Origin: Bacteroidota bacterium
Lineage (GTDB): Bacteria > Bacteroidota > Bacteroidia > Chitinophagales > S012-47
Assembly: GCA_024276745.1 (NCBI GenBank)
Contig: JAJRWN010000093.1
Coordinates: forward strand, 1 to 46,829
Reading direction: 5' to 3'
DNA: 46,829 nt
A model generated the notes under the pieces. That model saw nothing but the letters and a program-made list of their open reading frames with translations, was not told the DNA's origin and searched no databases. Position 1 is the first letter of the stretch, and every line of letters starts with the position of its first letter. Position numbers and translations under genes: made by a program. This document shows positions 39,102-46,829 of the stretch, one piece after another.

Positions 39102-41081
39102 ATGCAGCAAAACCCTTCAGAAGGCAAATTATTGTGGACACCGGATTCAAAATGGATTGAGGCTACAAACCTTCATCAATATTGCGAATGGTTGAAACAT
39201 AAACACAAATTAAGTTTTGCCAATTACGATGAACTTTGGCAATGGTCGATAGATTTTCCTGAAAAATTTTGGGAAAGTATTTGGCAATATTTTGAGATTA
39301 AATCATACCGGCCTTATAACCATGTAGTAAGCAGCCAAGAAATGCCCGGTATTCATTGGTTTGAAGGGGCCACATTGAACTATGCAGAACATATTTTCAG
39401 AAAGAAATCTGATGAACGGCCGGCATTTTTGTATGAATCGGAAACGCATCCGCTCGAAGCCATTAGCTGGGATGAGTTGGAAGAAAAAACGGCAGCATTA
39501 GCATCGTGGTTGATGGCTGCCGGTATCCGTAAAGGTGATCGCATTGCAGCTTTTCTACCCAATACTCCTTATGCCGCTATCGGTTTTTTTGCTGCTGCCA
39601 GTATCGGAGCCATTTGGTCGAGCTGTTCGCCCGATTTTGGTTTTGATAGTGTGATAGACCGTTTCAAACAAATTGAACCCACCGTATTGCTGACCGTTGA
39701 CGGCTATACCTACAATGGAAAGGCTTTTGATAAAACAGAAGAAGTCAGGCGTATTTGCAAAGCATTAAACAGCCTGCAAGAAGTTATCGGAATCCCTTAT
39801 CTTTCCGATAAACCTGAATTTAATATTTCCGGATTAAGCCTATGGGAAGAGGTGATGAACAGTGCCCACGAACCCTTACAATTTGAAGCACTTCCTTTTG
39901 ATCATCCGATATGGATTTTATATTCATCGGGTACTACCGGCATTCCAAAAGCGATTACGCATAGCCACGGAGGGGTTTTAATTGAGCATTTGAAATTAAT
40001 GACATTACAAAATGATTGTCGAGAAGGAGATCGTTTTTTCTGGTACAGCACCACCGGATGGATGATGTGGAATATTGTGATGGCATCATTACTTAGCGGA
40101 AGCACCGGAATTTTGTATGACGGCAGTTTGGCCTATCCCGATATCAATAAACTATGGGCATTGGCCGAGCAGACAAAAATGAACTCTATGGGTATCAGTG
40201 CCGGATTTGTGACGGCCTGCATGAAACAAGGGGCCAATCCCGGGCAGTATGATTTATCGGCTCTCAGAATGATCGGATCAACGGGATCGCCTCTGGCTCC
40301 CGAAGGGTTCGACTGGCTATACGATAAAGTAAAAAAAGATCTTTGGTTGGTATCGCTCAGTGGTGGTACCGATGTATGCAGTGCCTTTGTGGGAGGTGCT
40401 CCTACCCTGCCCGTTTACAGCGGAGAAATTCAATGCCGTGCTTTGGGTTGTAAAATTGAAGCTTATGATTCGATGGGTGAACCCGTAATCAATGAAGTAG
40501 GTGAACTGGTCCTTTCGGCTCCTATGCCTTCCATGCCGGTTTTTTTCTGGAACGACCCGGGCAATGAACGCTACCTCAACAGCTATTTCGATATGTTTCC
40601 CGGCATTTGGCGTCATGGCGACTGGGTGAAAATAACACCTCGGGGAAGTTTGATTATTTATGGGCGCAGCGATGCAACGTTGAACCGGCAAGGCATTCGT
40701 ATCGGAAGCAGCGAAATATACCGGGCCTTGGATGATCTGGAAGAAATAAAAGACAGCCTAATCATTGGGATTGAATTGCCCGGAGGGGACTATTATATGC
40801 CACTTTTTGTCATGCTCAGTAAAAAGCAAAAGCTTGATGAACAACTCAAAAAAAAGATAAAAACAAGGATCCGGCAAAAATTCAGCCCAAGACATATACC
40901 GGATGAAATTATGGAGATACCCGATATACCCTATACGTTAAGCGGGAAAAAAATGGAAACACCGGTAAAACGTTTTCTGCAGGGTATGCCACTCGAAAAA
41001 GCTGTGAATCTGGGCTCATTGCGCAATCCGGATGCTTTTAATTATTTTGAAGAAATCCGGAATAAATTATTAGAAAAATAA
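39102..41081 (+). CDS. Acetoacetate-CoA ligase
   Basis: YSSGTTGIPK, WSSCSPDFG, TGWMMWN, SGGTD, GRSDATLN and SGKK motifs. Confidence 0.93.
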   Translation: MQQNPSEGKLLWTPDSKWIEATNLHQYCEWLKHKHKLSFANYDELWQWSIDFPEKFWESIWQYFEIKSYRPYNHVVSSQEMPGIHWFEGATLNYAEHIFRKKSDERPAFLYESETHPLEAISWDELEEKTAALASWLMAAGIRKGDRIAAFLPNTPYAAIGFFAAASIGAIWSSCSPDFGFDSVIDRFKQIEPTVLLTVDGYTYNGKAFDKTEEVRRICKALNSLQEVIGIPYLSDKPEFNISGLSLWEEVMNSAHEPLQFEALPFDHPIWILYSSGTTGIPKAITHSHGGVLIEHLKLMTLQNDCREGDRFFWYSTTGWMMWNIVMASLLSGSTGILYDGSLAYPDINKLWALAEQTKMNSMGISAGFVTACMKQGANPGQYDLSALRMIGSTGSPLAPEGFDWLYDKVKKDLWLVSLSGGTDVCSAFVGGAPTLPVYSGEIQCRALGCKIEAYDSMGEPVINEVGELVLSAPMPSMPVFFWNDPGNERYLNSYFDMFPGIWRHGDWVKITPRGSLIIYGRSDATLNRQGIRIGSSEIYRALDDLEEIKDSLIIGIELPGGDYYMPLFVMLSKKQKLDEQLKKKIKTRIRQKFSPRHIPDEIMEIPDIPYTLSGKKMETPVKRFLQGMPLEKAVNLGSLRNPDAFNYFEEIRNKLLEK

Positions 41082-41149
41082 ATTGAGCCTGACTTTGTGC
41101 CTATAGTTTCAGATGTGTCTTTCGAAGAGGACTCTGATGAGACAGCAAA

Positions 41150-42061
41150 TCAATTTTTTTTCTTCCGGTACATCGGATGAAATTGAATCAAGGTATCGCG
41201 CAAATATTGCCGGTCGAGATGGGTATAAATTTCTGTTGTAGTAATGGATTCGTGTCCCAGCATTTCCTGAACCGCTCTCAGGTCGGCACCCCCTTCCACC
41301 AAATGGGTGGCAAAACTATGCCGGAAAGTATGGGGGCTAATATTTTTGCTAATACCGGCTTTTTTTGCCAGTGCTTTAACGCATGTAAAAACAGTAATCC
41401 GGCTTAAAGGACGACCAAATTTATTCAAAAAAATCAAATCTTCTGCTTTGGGGTCGATCTTGAGCTGCCGTCTGGCACCATCAATATAAATCCTGATATA
41501 TTTCATGGCCTGATTGCCCATAGGAACCAGTCGTTCCTTACTACCTTTACCCATTACCCTCAGAAATCCTATATCGGGATAATAATCTGAAATCTTTAGA
41601 TGGCAGAGTTCGGATACACGCAATCCGCAACCATACAAGGTTTCGAGTATAGCCCGGCTCCGCTGTCCTTCCGGTGTCGAGTGATTGATAACAGAAAAAA
41701 TACTTTCTATCTCTGCAAGACTTAATACCTGTGGTAATTTCCGGCCCAGTTTAGGCCCTTCTATTATTTCAGTAGGGTTGGCATCAATCAGGTCTTCCAT
41801 CAGTAGGTATTTATAAAATGCTTTCAATCCCGAAAGCGCCCTGGCTCTACTGCGAGCTGACAAGCCTTCATCTTCAAGCCACGCCAGAAAATTGTCCAAC
41901 TCATTGGTGCTAATCTGCTCTGCTCCCTCTACATGATGATCTATTGCCCAGGTTTTAAATTTCTGGATATCACACATGTAAGCTTCAACTGAATTTGCAG
42001 CCAATGATTTTTCGAGCCTTAAATAAGTATTAAATCCATTAATAAGTGAGGTCCATTCCAT
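41150..42061 (-). CDS. xerD: Site-specific tyrosine recombinase XerD
   Basis: LYGCGLRVSEL, GKGSKER, SPHTFRHSFATH and LGHESITTTEIYTH; housekeeping XerD-type N-terminus. Confidence 0.93.
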   Translation of the reverse strand: MEWTSLINGFNTYLRLEKSLAANSVEAYMCDIQKFKTWAIDHHVEGAEQISTNELDNFLAWLEDEGLSARSRARALSGLKAFYKYLLMEDLIDANPTEIIEGPKLGRKLPQVLSLAEIESIFSVINHSTPEGQRSRAILETLYGCGLRVSELCHLKISDYYPDIGFLRVMGKGSKERLVPMGNQAMKYIRIYIDGARRQLKIDPKAEDLIFLNKFGRPLSRITVFTCVKALAKKAGISKNISPHTFRHSFATHLVEGGADLRAVQEMLGHESITTTEIYTHLDRQYLRDTLIQFHPMYRKKKN

Positions 42062-42261
42062 AGCGGCTTGAACGAAATATTATGTTAAGTTGTTGCATCC
42101 GTTTTTTGCTGGTCTTACCCGTTTCAGAAAAATAAAAATGATTGATAAATAAAAGATTAACTTTAAGCAAACGAAATACCTTCGTTTATCAATTTGGAAC
42201 TATCATCGCGCTTTTTGTGCTTATTCAAAGCCGGCTTGATAAATAAATTAAAATTTCGATT

Positions 42262-43119
42262 ATGGAAATCAGTTTTGAATTTTGGTATTTGTTGCCCATT
42301 TCAATATTAATCGCCACCATTGCTATGAGCAGTGGTATTGGAGGAGCCGTCTTTTTTTCACCCCTGTTTATGCTGGCATTAAAGCTTGATCCGAAGATTG
42401 CTATTGGCTCTGCTTTGATTGCAGAATTATTTGGATTTTCATCCGGATTGGTGGCTTATTATCGCGCAAAATTAATCGACTATACATTGGCCAAAAGTCT
42501 TTTATTGTTCTCTATTCCTGCCGCTATTATTGGTAGTATTTATGCCGACTATATTCCTGCGGTAATCCTAAAAACCATTTTTGCTGCCGGACTCCTTTTT
42601 ATTGGTTATCAGCTTTTTGCAGCATGGCGGGAAGAAGAAAGAGAAAAAAGAGAAGCTGAGTTTAGTAAGGAATTTGAAATCATGCACGAAAATGAACTAA
42701 TCGACAGCGAAGGAAGAGTATTTAAATATACGGTTTGTAATAAAAGTATGGGACGATTCTTTGCTGCTATTGGTGGTGTTTTTTTAGGGATGATTTCAGT
42801 GGGTTTAGCCGAATTGCAGGAATATCAATTGGTGGCACGCTGTAAAGTACCCACTCCGGTAGCAGTAGCTACATCCGTATTTGTAGTTGTGATTTCCGTT
42901 CTCGTAGCTTCAATAGGTCATATGATTTCCTTTGCCAACGAAGGGAATGAAATGATGAATCAGGTATTGAATGTAGTAATTTTTACGGTTCCCGGAGTGG
43001 TAATAGGAGGACAAATCGGACCTAAATTGCAAAAAAATATTCCTGCCGATATTATGAAAATATCCATTTCAATAGCCTTTGTCCTGGTAGGTGCTTTCAT
43101 GCTTTATACTTTAATCTAA
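42262..43119 (+). CDS. TauE/SafE (TSUP) family transporter
   Basis: SGIGGAVFFSP, AVATS and GGQIG motifs; about 8 TMs in two repeats. Confidence 0.88.
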   Translation: MEISFEFWYLLPISILIATIAMSSGIGGAVFFSPLFMLALKLDPKIAIGSALIAELFGFSSGLVAYYRAKLIDYTLAKSLLLFSIPAAIIGSIYADYIPAVILKTIFAAGLLFIGYQLFAAWREEEREKREAEFSKEFEIMHENELIDSEGRVFKYTVCNKSMGRFFAAIGGVFLGMISVGLAELQEYQLVARCKVPTPVAVATSVFVVVISVLVASIGHMISFANEGNEMMNQVLNVVIFTVPGVVIGGQIGPKLQKNIPADIMKISISIAFVLVGAFMLYTLI

Positions 43120-43131
43120 GAAAAACGAAAA

Positions 43132-44511
43132 ATGGATACTCAACATTTTGATGCCATCATCATTGGCTCAGGTCAGGCCGGTACACCTTTGGTGTTTAAA
43201 ATGGCCGGATTAGGCAAAAAAGTTGCTTTTATCGAAAAACAACATTTCGGAGGAACCTGCCTGAACGTGGGCTGTACACCCACTAAAACTTATGTAGCAA
43301 GTGCTCGCAGAATGTTTGATGCTACCCATGGCGAGGCTTTGGGTATTCATATTCCGGCCGGAGCAACAGCCGATATGAAAAAAATAAAACAGAGAAAAGA
43401 TGCATTGATAGCGGCTTCCGTCAATGGCATTGAAGGAGCACTGAAAAGCAATAAAAATATTCATGTTTTTGAAGGAGAAGCCCGTTTTACCGGTCAAAAA
43501 AATATTACTGTAAACGGACAGATTTTAGAAGCCGGACAGATTTTTATTAATGTAGGAACGCGTGCCCGGGTTCCTAAAGGCTTTGAGAACCTTGATTACC
43601 TCACCAATGAGGAAATGCTGCAATTGGAAGAAATCCCTAAACATCTCATTATTGTGGGAGGCAGCTATATCGGATTGGAATTTGGCCAAATTTTCAGGCG
43701 TTTGGGTAGCGAAGTTAGCATTATAGAAATGGGTGACCGGCTAATAAGCAGGGAAGACGAGAATGTTTCGGAAGCGGTAAAAAACATACTCGAAGCGGAA
43801 GGGATTCATATCCGCCTGAATGCACGATGCCTGCATGGCCAACAAGATGAGCCGGGAAATATAACGGTGAATGTAGATTGCCAAACAGAGCCTAGCGAAA
43901 TCAATGGTAGTCATCTGCTGCTGGCCACCGGAAGGATTCCAAATACCGATACACTACATCTCGAATCTACCGGAATTGAAACGAATGAAAGAGGCTATAT
44001 TGAGGTGAATGATACCCTCGAAACCAATGTGCCGGGCATCTATGCTTTAGGCGATTGCAATGGGAAAGGTGCTTTTACGCATACGGCATACAATGATTAT
44101 GAAATTGTAGCTGCCAATCTTTTTGAGGGCGGAAATCGCAAAGTTTCTGACCGGATTCTCACTTATGCTTTGTTTATCGACCCACCGCTTGGACGTGCCG
44201 GTATGACCATGAAAGAAGTGAAAGCTAAAGATATAAAAGCCCTTTATGGCTATCGCGATATGAGCCGTATTGCCAGGGCTAAAGAAAAAGGCGAAACACA
44301 AGGCTTTATGAGCATTATTGTAGAAGAAGAAAGTGGTAAAATCCTGGGAGCAGCCGTCCTGGGTATTGGCGGAGACGAAATCATCAGCTCCATCCTGAAC
44401 ATAATGTACACAGGCCAATCTTTTACCGTCATTCGCGATTCGGTGCAAGCCCATCCTACGGTGTCGGAACTAATTCCTACCATGCTCGAAGGCTTGAAAC
44501 CCCTGGATTGA
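43132..44511 (+). CDS. Class-I pyridine nucleotide-disulfide oxidoreductase (mercuric-reductase-like, no C-terminal Cys pair)
   Basis: GSGQAG, GGTCLNVGCTPTK, GGSYIGLE, GDCNG and HPTVSE motifs. Confidence 0.9.
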   Translation: MDTQHFDAIIIGSGQAGTPLVFKMAGLGKKVAFIEKQHFGGTCLNVGCTPTKTYVASARRMFDATHGEALGIHIPAGATADMKKIKQRKDALIAASVNGIEGALKSNKNIHVFEGEARFTGQKNITVNGQILEAGQIFINVGTRARVPKGFENLDYLTNEEMLQLEEIPKHLIIVGGSYIGLEFGQIFRRLGSEVSIIEMGDRLISREDENVSEAVKNILEAEGIHIRLNARCLHGQQDEPGNITVNVDCQTEPSEINGSHLLLATGRIPNTDTLHLESTGIETNERGYIEVNDTLETNVPGIYALGDCNGKGAFTHTAYNDYEIVAANLFEGGNRKVSDRILTYALFIDPPLGRAGMTMKEVKAKDIKALYGYRDMSRIARAKEKGETQGFMSIIVEEESGKILGAAVLGIGGDEIISSILNIMYTGQSFTVIRDSVQAHPTVSELIPTMLEGLKPLD

Positions 44512-44514
44512 AAC

Positions 44515-45600
44515 TTATCGAACAAATAATATCTTAGCCCGGTAATCAGCATCCCGACTGCTAATCCGGTACATAAATATTTGACTTGGAGCTTTTGATA
44601 CATCCATGTGAACAGGGAAAGTCTGAAAATTCTTTTGAGCGTAAAGCTGTCCATCAGCCAGCATAAGTTCTATCCGGTAGTTTCCCAACCGGCAATCAGG
44701 ACATGAAAAAACCAGTGATTGGTTTTCCTGATGTGCTTGCATTAAAACCAATGCCCGATACATAGACTTTATTCCGATGCTATTATCAGGCCATTGAAAA
44801 CGGTATAAGTTACCGGCTTCATTCGAATAGTATAAAGTATCCTGATTAGCAAAAGCTATACCTTCCGATTGACTGAGCGACAATAAAAAATCCTGCTTAG
44901 CTCCTGATAAAAAATCCCGGTTTTGAAATCCACTGATAAGGATAATTTTTCCATAACAAAGCACGACCAACCGGTTTTGCTGAGGCGATAAATCGGCACC
45001 GGTGACAATAAAAAGCCCTAAATCAATACTATCAATCAAGGTAGCTTGATAAGTACCTGCATAAGCCGGAAGGCGGTAGAGTTTGCTGATTCCATTGCCT
45101 CCCAATAAATAATTTTTACTCAGCAAATACAGCGAATCATGAGCATAAAACATGGCTTCACAATCAAAGCTTACTACACCGGGAAATTGATGTTGATCGG
45201 GATAAGAAAATGAAATGACTTCGGGTATGGCCGTATCAAGGCTCGTATCGGGCCAAAGCTTGAGTATCTGTAAATCGGTTCGATTGTTCAGATTATTGCC
45301 AATATCACCGATATACAAATAACCGCTGCTATCGCTGGCCAAAGTTTCCCAATCGATATTGGGAGCAGCCACAATAATTGAATCCAGCAAAACCCCAAGG
45401 GTATCGAAGGCATACAATACCGGCCTCGTATCGCTATCGCCATGGGTCCACAAAATGCCATTACCTGCATAAAGCAATCCCGATGATTCTGCAATAGGAT
45501 CAGGCAGATTGCACAACCAATGCGTTTGCAAAAGCGGCTGAGCCGATAAGAAACGCAGCATACAAATAAATAAAACGACAAGCGAAATTTTCCTTTTCAT
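44515..45600 (-). CDS. Secreted beta-propeller (SdiA-regulated/YjiK-like) protein with a probable degenerate T9SS CTD (start MKRKI at 45600)
   Basis: Signal peptide; ESSGL, WTHGDS, DWE, YIGDIGNN, DCEA and EGI motifs; CTD-like tail. Confidence 0.75.
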   Translation of the reverse strand: MKRKISLVVLFICMLRFLSAQPLLQTHWLCNLPDPIAESSGLLYAGNGILWTHGDSDTRPVLYAFDTLGVLLDSIIVAAPNIDWETLASDSSGYLYIGDIGNNLNNRTDLQILKLWPDTSLDTAIPEVISFSYPDQHQFPGVVSFDCEAMFYAHDSLYLLSKNYLLGGNGISKLYRLPAYAGTYQATLIDSIDLGLFIVTGADLSPQQNRLVVLCYGKIILISGFQNRDFLSGAKQDFLLSLSQSEGIAFANQDTLYYSNEAGNLYRFQWPDNSIGIKSMYRALVLMQAHQENQSLVFSCPDCRLGNYRIELMLADGQLYAQKNFQTFPVHMDVSKAPSQIFMYRISSRDADYRAKILFVR

Positions 45601-46002
45601 ATTCCTGAACGAAAATAAACAGAAATCAGAAGCTCTTTGTCCCGGAGCAATATATACCAAAGCCATTCCCCCTTTTTCCTACTCCAGACTTCCCGGGAAA
45701 AGCAAAATGCCTGTAGATCCGGCTTCAATGATTCAAAATAAAATAGCAACTGCACCGGCTACCTTGTGCAAATTTTATTTTCCCAATCTCGTATTGCTTA
45801 CATTGTATTTTTTTATTAGATTTGGATTTATGTTTGGAGGTTTTAAGGATAAAGGCGATAAATCTCTGTACAAAATGATAAGCCCCTTAGAGGCAAGAAT
45901 TGCAGATAAATATTTAATTAACAAGCCTTTAAAAACAGATACAGATAAGGTGTATAAAATGCATTGTGGTTTATACAGACGTTGGCAACAACTGAGGTAC
46001 GG

Positions 46003-46044
46003 TAAAGGGACATAGTTTACAAAGTTAAAGGGACATAGTATACA
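46003..46044 (+). repeat. Two 19-bp direct repeats TAAAGGGACATAGT(T/A)TACA (putative transposase-binding sites)
   Basis: 46003-46021 and 46026-46044, one mismatch, 23-bp period. Confidence 0.85.
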
Positions 46045-46082
46045 CTTTTTAGGTTGTAATTTGAGATAAAAATCAAATTGCT

Positions 46083-46829
46083 ATGCCTTGGAAAGAAAGA
46101 ACAGCTATGGAACAAAAAATTGAATTTATCTGTGAATGGAGAACAGGAAAATATACCATCACAGAATTATGTAAAAACTTTGAGATTTCCCGTCCAACAG
46201 CCTATAAATTAATTAATAGGTTCGAAAAACAAGGTTATGAAGGCTTGCGTGAACAATCAAGAACACCCGGAAAACATCCAAATGAAACAAAGGATAATAT
46301 CGTTGAAGGTATTCTTAAATTAAAGAGAAAATACCCTCGATGGGGAGCCAAAAAAATCAAAAAACTGTTGTTTAACGATTTTACAGAAGACCAAGTTCCT
46401 TCGGTGCTTACCATTCACAATATATTAAAGAGAAACGGTTTTGTATGCGCTCAAAAGAGGCTCAGAAAAGTCAAGCCCATATACCCTATTTTTGATCCAA
46501 AAGAGTGTAATCAGGTATGGAGTGCTGACTATAAAGGAAAGTTTTTAATGGGCAATAAAATTTATTGTCACCCGCTAACCATTGCAGACTCAAAGAGCCG
46601 GTTTTTATTCACTGCAAAAGGACATTATCACGAAAACCTAAAGTCAGCTAAAGCAGAGTTTACAAAGGTTTTTAGAAAATATGGCATTCCTGGACAGATG
46701 CATACAGACAACGGAAGCCCATTTGGTTCAGTACGAGCCATTCAACGATTTACACAACTCTCTTACTGGTTTATTGAGCTTGGAATTACGCCCGTTTTTT
46801 CGGATCCAGCACACCCAGAACAAAACGGA
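46083..46829 (+). CDS. IS481-family DDE transposase, 3'-truncated by the window edge (absent from the ORF track)
   Basis: Hand translation MPWKERTAMEQKIEFI...ISRPTAYK...PRWGAKK...WSADYKG...PLTIAD...TDNGSPF...PAHPEQNG. Confidence 0.93.
   Translation, partial: MPWKERTAMEQKIEFICEWRTGKYTITELCKNFEISRPTAYKLINRFEKQGYEGLREQSRTPGKHPNETKDNIVEGILKLKRKYPRWGAKKIKKLLFNDFTEDQVPSVLTIHNILKRNGFVCAQKRLRKVKPIYPIFDPKECNQVWSADYKGKFLMGNKIYCHPLTIADSKSRFLFTAKGHYHENLKSAKAEFTKVFRKYGIPGQMHTDNGSPFGSVRAIQRFTQLSYWFIELGITPVFSDPAHPEQNG

Larger units (their letters stand above)
45993..46829 (+). mobile_element. IS481-family insertion sequence, left part (exact left end uncertain)
   Basis: TG start followed by tandem subterminal repeats and the transposase ORF; runs off the window. 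Confidence 0.8.

Noticed and set aside
41150-42061. Tyrosine recombinase as the integrase of an island or of the tRNA twins
   Set aside because: The sequence is a typical housekeeping XerD, far from both tRNAs, with no att repeats or mobile cargo adjacent.
43132-44511. merA mercury-resistance call
   Set aside because: No C-terminal Cys-Cys and no merR/T/P genes nearby.
176-45581. Many 60-135-aa ORFs overlapping or antisense to long genes
   Set aside because: Shadow frames of well-supported CDSs with no motifs of their own.
45707-46015. 102-aa ORF from the track
   Set aside because: It reads through AT-rich intergenic DNA, the palindrome and the IS end; not a coherent gene.
46003-46044. Direct repeats as a CRISPR array
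   Set aside because: Only two units with a 4-nt gap; explained as IS subterminal repeats.

Overview
Chromosomal segment of a Bacteroidota bacterium, shown by TAnnTTTG -7 promoter elements, T9SS C-terminal domains, HmuY proteins and typical dnaE-trxA-DUF58, DUF4783-nadC and surE-lpxB gene order. Most of it is housekeeping (gpmI, nadC, dnaE, trxA, ispE, lpxB, surE, xerD, an acetoacetate-CoA ligase). The accessory content is as follows. (1) An AraC-controlled heme-uptake-like operon with two tandem-HmuY proteins, one T9SS-secreted and one lipid-anchored, flanking a FRAP/NPDL TonB-dependent receptor, with a nitrobindin-like gene nearby. (2) A compact three-gene synthase-type exopolysaccharide cluster (TPR/beta-barrel, BcsA-like GT2 with altered motifs and no PilZ, membrane-anchored GH26). 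(3) Two tRNA genes, Val-TAC and Ala-GGC, each preceded by a degenerate copy of its own 5' end carrying the same TCCCGAT...ATCGGGA palindrome. (4) An orphan histidine kinase with a nested internal duplication in its sensor domain. (5) A TauE plus disulfide-reductase pair. (6) An IS481-family element cut by the right edge. A 38-aa membrane peptide missed by the ORF track lies at the left edge. All calls come from motif recognition by eye; no searches were run.
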